Source: Camelus ferus
Taxonomy: Eukaryota
Assembly: GCF_009834535.1 (NCBI RefSeq)
Contig: NC_045697.1
Location: 19,408,001 to 19,472,000, forward strand
Direction: 5' to 3'
DNA length: 64,000 nucleotides
The notes below the pieces were generated by a model. That model saw only the letters and a list, made by a program, of their open reading frames with translations, was not told where the DNA came from and searched no databases. Position 1 is the stretch's first letter, and the number at the start of each line of letters is the position of its first letter. A program made the position numbers and the translations under genes. Shown here in pieces: positions 1 to 12,569 of this stretch.

Positions 1-589
1 ACCTGCCAAGCAATGCCTTCCTCAACATGATACAGGAAAGAGGCTGCTGAAGGTCTGTTCTGTTCTGTTAGAGTCATGTCTGGGCAATTTATAGTCCTCA
101 TGAGACAGGAAGGAATGGCTCAAGACCCCAGATCAAGAGGCTGGGAAATGATCCAATGTGCCATTGTACCTGTTGCCAGGAAGGGGCTAACGACAGTCAT
201 TATGTTACATGTATCCCACCAACCGTAATTTGTAGAGAGAGATTTTATGTGGAAGTCAAAATAAGTTTTTTAAAAAGCACTTCTTTCCTTCCCTTCTTCC
301 ATCTAATAATTGACCAAAAGGGTGAAGGTGGCAAGAGAGAGCAGCCTGCTTTAATAAGTAGGAGTATTTTATGTTGATATTGTTTAGAACACTTGTCCCA
401 TGGTAATAATACAAAGCGCTCTGAGTTTGAGTCAGTTTCTTAAAAAATTGTTTTAAAATTCTCTGTAGATATTACATCATCTTATTGCTTGCACCATGGT
501 GGGCTTCTCCATGTCCCCTACCCCTCGGTACACCACTCATTTCCTTCCTCCTTCTTTCTTCTTTTCCCATTCCCTTCCCTTTACAGGAA

Positions 590-1925
590 AAGCCTTTGAA
601 AGATCTGTCTGTTCTCACTGTCTGCTACAATTCTCTTCCCATTCTCTCCCAAGGCTCTATCAGCCAGACTTCGTTCCAACCATGTCATCCAATTAGCTCT
701 TGTCACAGTCACGTCACAGCTGCTGGATCTGACTGTTGATTCTCAGTTCTTGTCTTACTTGACCTATTAGCAACATTTATCACTCTCGCTCACTTCTTCC
801 TCCTGGAAACTCTTGTTTCTCTGGGCTTCTGGAGCACTGTCCTGACTTGGGGATACCTCACTGGGCTCTCTTCAGCGAAATTTTTTTCTTCTTGATTCCA
901 AATGTTGGAGGACCTCAGGACTTGTCCTCTTTGTCCTCTTCTCTTCTCCATCTATACCCACTTCATTGGTGATCTTATCCAGTCTTAGAACTTGAAATAT
1001 CACATATAGCTGGTGCCTCCGAAGTTTCTGTCTCTAACCCAGGCTTCTCCCTTGTACGCCCCAGCTTGCACCTCCATTGAATAGATCCCTCCAACATCCC
1101 ATGTCTACACCTGACTCCTCATCTGCCCTCCCAGTTGATCCATGGCCAGTCTTCCCATGTGAACTAATAAGAACTCTAATTGTTCAGGCCAGTGATGTAA
1201 AGAATCATCTCTGATTCCTTTGGTTTTGTTCTGTTTTCATAACCATATCCAGCTGGTTGGGAATTTCTGGAGGCTCTGTTTGGAAAATGCTCCAAGAATA
1301 TGACAGTTATTACCATCTGCACTCCCATCATCAAACCAGCATTACCTTTCCCCTTTCAGTGGTGAGTTGCAGCAGCCTTCTAGATGATCTCTAGATCCCG
1401 TTCTTTTTTCTCCTACCTCATGTCTGTACATAGAAATGAAGGTGTGGAAGTCAGACCAAAGCAATCATTTGCTCAACATCTTCCTTTGTTGAGCAACTCA
1501 GTAGAATTGCCAGAGTCTTATGATCTGCACCTCTGCCAAAACCTTCCAATTTCATTTCCCATGTCTCTCTCGCTCTGTCACTCCTTCAAACACACTTGCC
1601 TCCTTTTTGTTCCTCCAGGGCCCCTTGTTGTCAGTCACCTTCATCCAGGTATGTGTGACTTTCCCCCTCAACTGTTTCAGGCTTTGCTCAAATGCCATGT
1701 CAGTGAAGCCTTTTGTTACCACTCTCTATAAAATCACACTTCCTATCTCCCTTGCTTGTCTTTGCTTCCATAGCAATGTCCTATCTACTTTACTAATTTT
1801 TTGTATTATTGACCATTTTTCATCCACTGAATATAAGCTCCATGAGGGCAGAGATTTTTGACACTGTATCCTCAGTGCCTAGACAGTGCCTGGCATATGA
1901 TGGGAGCTCAGCTAAAAAGAAATCA
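590..1925 (+). mobile_element. LINE-2 (L2) fragment: degenerate RT region through 3' end
   Basis: Translation from ~743 gives SVLVLLDLLATFITLAHFFLLETLVSLGF and, near 935, PLLFSIYTHFIGDLIQ, matching decayed L2 RT motifs (LLDLSAAFDTVDH, GPLLFSIY). An L2 3' end (aagctccatgagggcagagattt...cctagacagtgcctggcatat) lies at ~1835-1900. Boundaries are approximate. Confidence 0.85.
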
Positions 1926-3084
1926 ATTGAAGTGTAGTTGATTTTATATTTGTTGAAGGCATGAATGATGCTCCCACTTCCTGTCCTTTGACGGTTCACC
2001 CCTGGCTGTCTCCCAACACCTTCCTTCCAGCTATGACTTTTGGTAACTTTTGTCTTACCAAAAGCTTAATACTTCCTATTCACCACCCATTTATTTATCC
2101 AGATCTACAACAAATATTTTCTGAGTGTATCTTTGTGTACTGAACTGTGTTAAGAATCTAAAGTGAGTAAGAAACAGTTTCCTTCTTCGAGCCTGGCATG
2201 CAGCAATCATGAACTCTATGATGGTTATTATTATTTAAGAAGTTATTATCATTTTACTTGTATGGAAAGTTAATTGTTTTTGTTTTACTGATTGTCAGTG
2301 ATTTTTGGAGAGTGTCTCAGAGGCACAGGTTTGAGAATAGTGTCATTGGCACAAAACAAAACTAAATGACAGCGAACCGTCCCAACAGGCTCTGAAGGCT
2401 GATGCTCATTTTCAGTCACTGTGGTGGAGAGAGGCCAGCAGAACCCTTATTATCTTGTGGTTCCTGGTACCTCTGAAGTGCTTCACATGGCCTCCTGTGA
2501 CAGAGGAGCTGTGGGCCACTCCCCCCACCCTCCACGAGGGCAGGAAGCTTCTCTTGTCTGACAGAGGAAGGGAGACTGCTTCCTGGGCTCTGCTATCCTG
2601 TGTTACCTTTGTCCTCCCCAGACGCCTGCAGCTACTTGGCACACTCGGGGGATGGTTTCCGGACATCCTGCTTTGTATTTAATGCCAGCTCCACAAGTGG
2701 GCCCGGGCATCTGATTAGAGGCCATTCTCAGCAAAAGCAGCCTTTTTTTTTTTTTTTTCTCTCATTGCAAACCTGGATCATCTCCGGAGCAGAGTGAAGA
2801 CTGTCATAATTTTAGCAGAGGGGCTAGTCTGTGCACCGGGCTGTTCCCCAGCCCAGAGGGAGGGAGTGTCCAGGAATCCTGTGCACTGGCCTCAGAGAGC
2901 CAGGAGGACGACTGTGGGAACTCTCCCATCCCCTTGCCTCACCAGTACCCCACACCTACCCTGTCTTCAGGCCCCAGAATCTCCCATTCTAGCCTGTAGC
3001 AACATTAGCTTTGAAATGATGCAGTTCACTACCAGAGGCCAGAAATTTTTGTGTTTTGTTTTACTCACCCTAATAAATTCTTAG

Positions 3085-3260
3085 CAGCAGGGCAATATGG
3101 TAGAAGGCTTTGTAGAGTAGTATGCTTTGACCATGACTCAAACCCCAGCTCTATTCTTTCTAGCTGTGTTCCCTTAGGCAAAATACTCAACATCTCAGAG
3201 CTCCAGTGATATGTGCCTTCAGGATTGTTTAAGGATTAAATAACAGGGTTTATGAAAGAT
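3085..3260 (+). mobile_element. MIR SINE fragment
   Basis: tcaaaccccagctct...ctagctgtgttcccttaggcaaaatactcaacatctc resembles the MIR core. Confidence 0.7.
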
Positions 3261-3373
3261 CTCAGGAAATATTAGTTACTTTCTGTTATTTCTCCATGAC
3301 CTCCTATAAAATCAAATTCCTTAGAAAAGGAGGGAACACATAGGCTAGAATAATGACAGTGCGGATGTGAGTA

Positions 3374-3688
3374 CAGGCAGACATCAGAGATATTGCAGGG
3401 TTGGTTCCAGACTACCACAATAAAGGTAATATTGCAAAAAAAGCAAGTCACATAATTTTTTGGCTCCCCAATACGTATCAAAGTTTTTATACTCTACTGT
3501 GGTCTATTAAGTGTGCAATACATTATGTCTAAAACACAATTTACATACCTTAATTTAAAAAATACTTTGTAGCTAAAAAATGCTAACCATTATCTGAAAA
3601 CTCAGGATTGCTACAAACCTTCGATGTGTAAAAAAAAAAAAAAAAAAAAAGCAGTGTTTGGGAACTGCAATACAATGAGGTACGCCTG
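3374..3688 (-). mobile_element. Internally deleted Tigger1-type DNA transposon (TcMar-Tigger)
   Basis: TIR-like ends caggcagacatc...gaggtacgcctg, preceded by TA at 3372-3373. Both Tigger1 termini are recognisable and joined directly near 3595. Confidence 0.85.
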
Positions 3689-3708
3689 CGCAGAATCAAG
3701 ATAGGCAT

Positions 3709-4172
3709 TGTGTTTGCAAGGGCTGTTGTAACAAAGTACCACAAACGGGATGGCTTTAAACAACAGACATTTATTGTTTCACGGTTCTGGAGGCTAAAAG
3801 TCCAAGACCAAGGTGTCAGCAGGGCCAGGCTGTCCCTGAAGGCTCTAGGGGAGACTCCTCCTGGCTGCTTCTCATTTTTGATGTTTGCTGATGGTCCTCC
3901 CTGCTCCTTAGCTTGTAGGTGCCTCAGTGGAGTCACATGCTGTCTTCTCCTTGTGTGTTTTCACGTCATCTTCCTGCTGTGCGTGTCTATCTGTGCCCAA
4001 ATTTCCCTTTTTTATAAGGATACCACTCCTCTCAGATCAGGACCCAATCTAAAGACCTTATCATAACTTGACCATTTGCAAAGGCTTTATGTTCAAATAA
4101 GGTCACATTTATAGGTCCTGAGGGTTAGAACTTTATTATATCTTTTCAGGGGACACAACTCAACCCTTAACA
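3709..4172 (-). mobile_element. MaLR solo LTR, MLT1A-C-like
   Basis: TG...CA termini, perfect 5-bp TSD ggcat (3704-3708 and 4173-4177), typical motif aaacaacagacatttattgtttcacggttctggaggctaaaagtccaag. Confidence 0.9.
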
Positions 4173-4385
4173 GGCATTGATATAGTAATAGATTTTATTT
4201 CCTCAGTTTTGTTTTCAGAGTAATGCAACCTTGTTTTCTTTTTGTCTACTTTCCTAACCTTGGTGTTGGTTCTTATTTAAGTTCCCAGAAGAAGCAAATA
4301 AGAACCACTTATTTAAGATTAGAAAAGTAGGCTATTCTACTCCTATTTCATATTGTTTGATGTTTGTCTGTCTCTCTCCATCTAG

Positions 4386-4437
<52 letters not shown>
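4386..4437. repeat. (TATC)13 microsatellite
   Basis: 52 nt of pure TATC units followed by degenerate copies. Confidence 0.97.
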
Positions 4438-6121
4438 ATCTATCACCTCTCATCTATCTCTATGTATCTGTATAGCTATGTGCTTATGTATCTATCAATT
4501 ATCTCTCTAAACATACATTTCTTTTTTCCTTTGGAACTTTCTGTCACTGGTGACAGATACAAGCATGATCTCTGTGAAAGATTCACCTGTATAAGATTCT
4601 TTACCTATTGGAGGGCACAAAGACAAAGTAAAAATGACAGTTAATTCCACTGAAGAAACATACGCTTTCCTTAAATAGCAAAAGAGTCTTTTCATTTAAA
4701 ACATTTATTTCCTAGTGAAGGAAACAGCTCTATCAGTTGAAACAATGCATTTGTGAGCAAATGAGTCAGCAACGTGTCCTGGACCAGCCAATAACATTGG
4801 TATATACACAGCAAATCATTACAATTTACCAACTGTTCTGAAATTATCTGACCAAGCAGAAAGCATTAATCCGAATCCTGTTACAAATGGACTTTGAAAT
4901 AGGGTCATGAACCTTGGAGAAGATGAGGGAGAATCATCTTCTCTCTGATTCGGAATGGCCTCTTTTATCATTGTTCGGTGTTTTTCCTCTTTTTTATTTG
5001 TAACTAATGACATACCGCAGTTCAGGTCTGCTGGTCTTAATCTACAAACTAGGCCATTAGCAGCCCCAGTCTGGACGATGGCCTACCAATTAAAATTAGG
5101 AGATTAAAGAGTAATGTTCCTTGCCTGAGACCAGTCTGCATACCAATGACAATTTCCTCAGCTATTGAATGAAGAAAGACTTAAATGGCAGTGAACTTGA
5201 TATCATTAAATTTAGGGGACATTGTAGAGTGTGTGTGTGTGTGGGGGGGGGCAGTCTGCTAGAGCACTCAGAGTTAAAAACCAGAGACAGAAGTTTTAAT
5301 ACTTGTTTTACTATTTAACCTTTATCCATTTATTTTTATTCTCAACAAATATTAAAACTCCATCAAAATTTAAAGAAGAATAGGCTATCGGAAAAGAAAG
5401 CCAAATTCCATATTTCTCTGTTCCAAACAGAACATCAGAGCCCCAGTTTTTCTCTCTGTAAAAGTGGAACAAGAACATGTAGGCCTGTATCACAATGAAA
5501 GGTGGAGAGATGGTTTGACAGATGAGATAAATTTAGGATTCAATCTTACAGTTTTTAAGAAGATATTTAAAGAAGGATTCAAAACCAAGAAATGGGACTT
5601 CACTCAATTTAGCTTAAAAGATGGAGAATTTAATGTAGGCTCACCCCATATATATTTAAGACCTCATGTGCTATGTCTCAGTATCCAGTCATTTCTGTAC
5701 CAGCAGAGTCTAACATCCAAAATATATTAAATAAGGATATTATTTTCTTGGGTCTTTTGACAATGATTTAAAATAAGCTAATTTGTAAACTATAGCAACA
5801 ATTTCACAAACCCCTTTTCTGTGTCTCTTGACTCCCAGACCTCTCCGGAGTCTTTCCCTTCAACAAAATACCTCAAGAACCCTTTCAAATACTCCATGCT
5901 CCCAGAATTGTTTTTTCTATCTTGATACAAGTTTTCTGGCTTTTATTTCCCCCTTTTGGATTCAAGCAAGAATTCTTCTCGGTTTTCTCCCATCTTGCCA
6001 GAATTTTTCCTAAGATTTCATTAAAAACAAACAAATGACTAGTTAGCAAAGAGATTAATGTCCTTCAAATATGGAGGAGGGAAGATGACTGGAAACAACC
6101 AAAACTTCAGAAAGAAAGACC

Positions 6122-6547
6122 TGGTTGAAATAAAAGGTGTAGATTTGGGGTTTGTTAGGACTGCAGCCCAGGGGACACAGATTCAAGAAGCTCATGAGTT
6201 GTGTTCCCCCAGACTACAAAATGGGGGAGGCTTATAAAAGCAAAATCATCAAGGTTACAGCTAGTTACCTGAGTTATTTATCAAGAATTATAATTGGAGC
6301 TGAAAAGAAGTAAGGGTTCTTGTTACATAAGGATTGGTTGTGGTTGGAAATGTTTGCACAGTTACAAGGGGAGACCTTGAGACACTAAGTTGCAGCTTGC
6401 AGGTGTTGTTTGAAAATGCCAGTGTCCTTGGTTAGGTACACTTCACAGAAAGTTCAAGTTCTCAGTGGTGCGGAGATGTGTCTGAGACCAGATCCTCAAT
6501 GGCTGCCTACTCTGCTTTTGTATGCCTGAATTGAGATACTCCATTCA
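6122..6547 (-). mobile_element. Probable ERV1-class solo LTR
   Basis: ~425 bp with TG...CA-like ends. The minus strand has CCAAT (ggattgg ~6331) and a TATA-like ttttataag (~6231). No TSD found. Confidence 0.5.
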
Positions 6548-7529
6548 AATTTCAATTTGTCATCAGAAGAAATGGGGGAGAGGAAAGGGGAAGGCTAGGA
6601 GCGTCTACACATTAACACTTCCTGGGCCTGATACCCTTGGGTCACTGGGAACGTCTCAGGAGCTAGAGCAATGTCAGACAGAACTACTGCTTCAAGAGCA
6701 TTTGTTCTTGGGCGTCTGGTCTACCATTTGTGCTATAGCTCTGTTTGGTTTTTCTCTGATGGAGGTCCTGGTTCTGTCATTCAGCTGTATGTATTTGGTT
6801 CTTCACTGCAGACCACCTAAAAAGGACAGAATCAACTCTTGAGTTTTTAATGACCTTTTAGAATGAATTGCCTCAGTTAAGTGATTCCCAAGAGAAAGAA
6901 TCTAATGGACTAATTTGGTTCAGGTATTTTCTTCTGGTTCAATAAGCTGTGGTCAAAGGAGGCGGGAGTCATGTGCTATGTGCATTAGGACATAATACAG
7001 CTGATAGGCTTGGCAGGGTGGAGGAGGCTGTGGGGGGAAGTAAATAATGTGGGGTACCCAGTCCGGAAGATACATTTAAACTTCTGTGAAGTATTGTAGT
7101 TATTTCAAATTGGTTTTAGATGCTGGTCCCTTGGGCTTGGGACTAGGTTCCTTGATTCTATACTGGCTACCTTTGAACACAGATACCTGGTTTACTTGGA
7201 TTTGACTTAAAAGCCTGTTTGGAAGCTTCCCTAACTCAGAAATCAGTGACCTGATAATATCCTCCAAGATTATAAAAACTCCTTATGACAGTTGCAGGGA
7301 ATTCATCCTTGGAGGAAACTCTTGGAGAGATAAGACAGGGTAAGTGCAATTGGAGTGGTACCCAAAACCAGGGGAAGCTCCAAGCCTCCAGTGGTAGGTA
7401 CTCTGGAGAAACTGACAGTTTGATTTCTCTTGGTTTGGCAAATATTTCCATTAAGCCCAGCAGGAAAGCATAATTCTCAAACTATAATTTTTGATCTATT
7501 GAACTAACCTTAGTTATGATAAAGTTACC

Positions 7530-8060
7530 TCAAATTCAATAAGCTACAAATAGTTCTCTGATTTCCTTCCACACCCAAACCAAAACAGGGAACACTTCCT
7601 ATTCTGCCTTTCCCAACATGATTAATGCTACCTAATTATTCAAGATAGAAAGTGATGAAAGCAATTAGAAAGTAATTATACAAGATCAAGTGATGATGAT
7701 GGTGATGATGATAATGAATTTTGCTCAGACTATTGCAATAGCCCCTTAACTCTTTTATCTACTGCAAGAGTGGATAGATTAGAGGGTTATCGCTTTCTAA
7801 TCCATTTCTAACATGAACCAGTTATCTTTCTGAAATTAAAACATAAAAATTGTATGGCTCCCTGTTTTCTAAAGGACAATGTGAAAACTGCTTCATAAAA
7901 AGTCCTTCACTGATTTTTATCCTTTTCTACTTTCAGAGTCTCTTAAGTCTCATCACCTGCCACCTCTTTTCTCCTTGTATTTCTTATTCCCTGAAATATC
8001 TCCAGTCCTTAGAACAATGCCTGGGACATAGTAGGCATTCAATAAATTTTGTTTAATAAA
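7530..8060 (+). mobile_element. L2 fragments with 3' end
   Basis: cttagaacaatgcctgggacatagtaggcattcaataaattttgtt at ~8008-8055 matches the L2 3' terminus. The upstream part is degenerate. Confidence 0.65.
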
Positions 8061-8765
8061 TTCCTTTTTACATTGCCATTCTTATTCTCTTTCCTTTTGA
8101 AATTGATCTTTCTTATTTTTCTTGTATCAGTCTCTAAGTCCTTTTATCCTTTTCCTAATTCTAAATATGTTTGTGTTCATGTATGTTCTTCCCATTTTTC
8201 AAATCCATATGTGTTATCTTTACCTCTCACATCATGCCAGAACCCTGATAAGAAAGTATCTGCTTGAATCTTCTTTTAGATATGAATTACTTTTGTCAAG
8301 GAAAATAAAGAGAGTACGTTCATCGATAAGATCAGAAATATGATCATCAACAATATCAGTAGGAACGACCCTGAGGCTCAGACCAGGAGGACTGGACCAA
8401 TGACTGATGAGAATATGGACACTCTGTCTATTCATTCTGAGTGTCTCATCATCTGACCTCTACTAAAGTTCACCTGCTGTGGTTACTCTGTCTAGTCTCC
8501 ATTCACCTATCTAGTTTTTAATCTGCTACTGCATTTCTGTGCCTGGTAAAGTTGTTCTCAACATGGTCGTCATCTTGATGGTGCAAGGAGAATGATTTTT
8601 TTTTTTCTCATCAGTGTTAACTTTATTCTTTCAGTTAGCATCCTGTTGGTCTCAAAGTGTGACAATCATTTTACTTAATTACCAAGAGATTGAGTTTACT
8701 CTTTCATTTCCTTAGAGCCCCCACTATAAGACTCCAGAGCTGCACCTTTTGAGCTGGAATGGAGG

Positions 8766-9231
8766 TGACAAAGAGTCTCTCTTTGAACTTTAGTCTGATT
8801 CTTCTGAATGCTCTTCTCAACTAGGCCTTGAACTTTCGACTTACATGTCCATCTTTTTCATCACCCAAGTTTAGCAAAAATCCTGCTAAATCAGCTTAGA
8901 GAGAACCCCAACCCTCAATGTCTGATCATCTGATCAAATGTGCCTCATCCTGTGTGTTCCCCCAGGTGGTATCGGATCACCTTGGTTTGCCTTCAGCAAG
9001 AATCCTATTAAGTCTGTTCAACAAGAATCCCCCTTGTCCCCCTTGTTTCCTCTCAGTATTTCTTCCCTCGCTGATACCCAACCCTGTTCCTTGGCTATAA
9101 ATCTTTATTTTTCCTTTTTATATTCAGAATTGAGGCTAAGTCTATAATTCGGTCTATTTTCCCTATTGCTATAGTTCCTGAGTAAAATCTGTTTTTACCA
9201 CTTTACCGTCCAGCTGTTTTTTCCTTTAACA
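8766..9231 (+). mobile_element. ERV1 solo LTR, MER31-like
   Basis: Starts tgacaaagagtctctc and ends tttaaca. Perfect 4-bp TSD gagg (8762-8765 and 9232-9235). TATA ggctataaat ~9093 and internal agcaagaatcct repeats typical of MER31. Confidence 0.85.
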
Positions 9232-9409
9232 GAGGCTACTTCATTGCTGTATCCAGAGGTTCCCCCTCACTTAGTCGACTAGAATGGAGACTAAGGCTCT
9301 TGATCGCCTCACAGTAACTTTCCCGTTCCCAGGAGACACTTCTGGACTGTTCACTTTTCTCTCGCCTCTAGATTTTGATTGGTGTACTGAATCTTACTGA
9401 TCTGGGCCC

Positions 9410-9975
9410 AGTGAGTCTTTCAGTTGCAGGAAATAGAGATCATTGTGGCTGCTTTTAGAAGAATGAGGATTAATATAAGGATCTAGTGCTTACAAAACCT
9501 TTGGAAGGGCTATAGGTTTCAGATGTCCATCAGGCCCCTGGGAAAGACCTTTAGAAAAGCCTATTAGACTTGCTGTCAGGGAAGCCTCTCCCCTTGCCAG
9601 GAGAATGTGGGGAATTGGGAGGCTGTCACTGGAACAGTGTCCTCAGGAACACCTTGCCTGTGATTCAAGGCCAGCTTCCTGATTTTCTCTACCCCAGTCA
9701 CCTGAGACTAGGGGCTGGGCATCAAACGCTGCTGCAGTAAACCCCAGTGTTTTCATGACTGTGTTTGCAATGGCAAAAGCAAACCATAAAGAAGACCTCT
9801 GCCTCGTGCTCACCTTCAGAAACCACATGACAGTGCTTCTAATTTAGTGGAAACTAGTTTATATGCAAAATCTCTCTTAAAGGGAGTCTGGGAAAGGTAG
9901 CTGTTAGCTGTCCGCAGTTTACGGAGGAAGTTGGCAGGAATGCTGAGTGAACTGATATACCAGAACCCATCACAA
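9410..9975 (-). mobile_element. Old MLT1-class LTR (degenerate)
   Basis: ttcagttgcaggaaatagag start and aagggagtctgggaaaggtagctgttagct resemble old MaLR LTRs. Confidence 0.45.
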
Positions 9976-10029
9976 GCCCATGTCAAACATTAGGACGAAA
10001 CTGCTGGTTCTCACTTGGATTTCAGAATT

Positions 10030-10550
10030 TCAAAGGTGTGTCTGGGGAGTAGGCTAGTTTCTTTGCAAGTGGAAGTATTATGTCCTAAGTGACCCCATCT
10101 CCTGACTGTGGCTTATTGGTCCAAGGAGGAATCCCTAACCAAAGCCAGTGACTCCATTGTCTCACCAGTAGCTAATTGGAATCTTTCTGCTTGGAATTTG
10201 AACTAAGACACACAGAAGGAGGTTTAACAAGGGGACCCAATCTGAAGGATCAGAGGCTGAGGCCCCCATTACGTGCAAGGTGTAGGATGAGTAAACCAAG
10301 AAACTCAGGAAGAGAAATGAAGAGAACAGAGCACAAAAACAGAGATGGAGACGGCCCCTGAGAAACAGATGGAGAAGACTCAGTTTCCGAGTTCACAATT
10401 TCCAAGAAGCCCCCACTTTATTTACTCTCCTGCCTTTGAATGTTCAAATGCCTATTGTAGCCTTGTGGTAACACCCACCCTTCCCCTCCCCAACCCCGTT
10501 TTTTTTTGAGCTAGTTTGATTTTCTGTTGCTCGCAACAGAAAATTGATTA
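10030..10550 (+). mobile_element. Old MLT1-class LTR (degenerate)
   Basis: 3' end gagctagtttgattttctgttgctcgcaacagaaaa resembles the old MLT1 terminus. Confidence 0.5.
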
Positions 10551-10908
10551 TAGTAAAAAAAAGTTTACAACTTTAGATGACATTTAAATAATGGCATTGC
10601 GCTAGAGAAAAACAGTTCACATGAATTATTATCCTCAATTCCCCAGCTGCTTCACTCTGCGTTCAAGGAGAAGGAAGATCGTTGTTGGCTGAGAGGGTTA
10701 TCAGGCCAGTCTACACAGCAATACACACAGAGGCCACAGGAGCTACGTGAGGCAGAAGGGTTTTGGCCACTTGGAAATAATCACTGTTGGTTGAGAGAAA
10801 AGCATAAGGAAAGGGAAGGAAAGCTTGGCGCTGTGTAGATCACAAAGGGCTTGAAGTACATTGGAACCACTTAATAGTTGTGCTGTTTTTCTTTGAATGG
10901 AGTGTCCT

Positions 10909-10948
10909 TTTTTTTTTTTTTTTAACATTTTTTATTGAGTTATAGTCA
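10909..10948 (-). mobile_element. Ultra-short 5'-truncated L1 (last 25 nt plus poly-A)
   Basis: Minus strand tgactataactcaataaaaaatgtt(A)n matches the L1 end at 14895-14919 at 23/25. 15-bp TSD with one mismatch (10894-10908 and 10949-10963). Confidence 0.9.
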
Positions 10949-12289
10949 TGAATGGAGTGTTCTGATTGAATCACGTGAGGTTATAGATTTCCAAGGGCTC
11001 CATCTATGTTTTTATAGAAAGACTTCTGGTGTATTTTGGCTACAGGTTGAAATATATGCGTATATTCCAACAGCATTGGGATGTTGTATATTCATACTCA
11101 TGCCCACACACACACGTCTCAGTGTTCCTTTGAAGAGAATAGAACTATTTGGGAAGTGCCCCCACCCTCCCCTTCATTCTTGGAACATGAGTTCACATTG
11201 CTTGGGTGACAGATTGTGGGAACATTTGTCTAGAAGGTGTTTTGTGGTCTTTCCACAATGATGTAACCTCTTTTGCAAGTGATGCCTGGTTCAAATGACT
11301 AAACAGGCTCTGTCCATAAATATGATTAAGTTCCATAATAATCATGAAAACAAAATTTTCAATAGGTGTTAATTGTGGCTTGGATAGGTATAAATATTAG
11401 TGACCGGAACAGATGAACATATCCTTTTAAGATAAATGCTTGTATGAACCATGAACAAGTATGTCTAAAAGCCATTTCATGGGGAATTTTTTTCACCGAC
11501 TCATTGCCTGGTTTTAACTACATGCAGAAAAATACTTTAACCCTGCACCTTGCAAACAGTCATTAGGAATGGTTCATTGTCCTTTGCTTGGCAGAGAGAC
11601 AAGGTGCTTTGAAGTAAAAAAAATCTGATCTCTGTCTCTGCTGTGTGGAGCACACTCTATTTCAGAAAATACAAACCCTTCTTTGTTTTCAGGGAAAATA
11701 ATACACGAGGGCCCAACTGTGGTGTTAATTGCAAAGAAACGTCTACTGAGAGAAGGGCTTTCAGAGTTTCTGGAAGGCTAGATGTAGAGGTATTGTTCAC
11801 TCCCTGGTTGAAGAAGTGGACTTTCCAAACCTTAGATGCTGTTGGGTTTAGTTCAAGAACCAGGAGAGCCCAGTGTTTGTAAATAACCCCTTGTGTCAAT
11901 AGTTAGTTCTTTTGAAATAGCAATGGCAACAGCAGAGCAAGAAAGTGTTTATTTTTAATTTTTTTAAATTATTTTTTAACATAAAGAATATCATTGGCAG
12001 CTGAATTCTCAGGGGCAGGGGGAGAGCCCACGCCAGGTATTCTGCATCTGTACCCACCCTGTGCAGCCCTTGCTTCCACTAAGATTTGCATCTGGTCTTG
12101 TGGATTACAAATGGCTTTGAACTACTTTTTAATCACGTTGGTAAGTTGTACTGTTTTTTTTTTTTTTTCCTTGAATGGGGTGTTCTGGTTGAACCACACA
12201 GGTCTCCAGGTTTAATAATGGCCAAATATACAAAAAGTGTGATGCTTCCAGTGTTTCTTTTCTTTTCTTCTTCTTTTTTTTTATTAGCC

Positions 12290-12530
12290 ATGTTCTTGGC
12301 AGAGAACAAAAAGAGGTCCTAATTGGTACTTTAAAGACAACTTAATGACAAGTCTATTTATAGATGTGTGGGCAGGGTTAACAGTCCCAACAAGAGAGAC
12401 TGAAGTGCCTCAGACCTAGCAAAGAGGAGCTGTTGTGTCCCTGAGCCTCAAAGATCAGGCTGAAGTTCTCAAAGCTCAGGAATCAGGAAAGCACTCAGGA
12501 AGAAGACATCCCTCTTGGACAGCTAGTGTG
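12290..12530. mobile_element. Ancient ERVL-class LTR fragment (family uncertain)
   Basis: ctatttatagatgtgtgggcagggttaacagtcccaacaag...cagacctagcaa resembles recalled LTR33/LTR41-type sequence. Confidence 0.4.
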
Positions 12531-12569
12531 TAGCTTTGACATCTTTCTATAAGTCCTAATCCATTGATG

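Noticed and set aside
4357..4644. 95-aa ORF with IYLS repeats
   Set aside because: Translation of (TATC)n.
8404..8440. Hammerhead ribozyme (CTGATGA followed by a hairpin)
   Set aside because: No GAAA follows the stem-II-like hairpin, and no stems I or III with an NUH site can be formed.
12067..12146. Exon ending at TTG|GTAAGT (likewise AGG|GTAAGT at 7340)
   Set aside because: GTAAGT occurs by chance every few kb, the acceptors are weak and there is no recognisable peptide.
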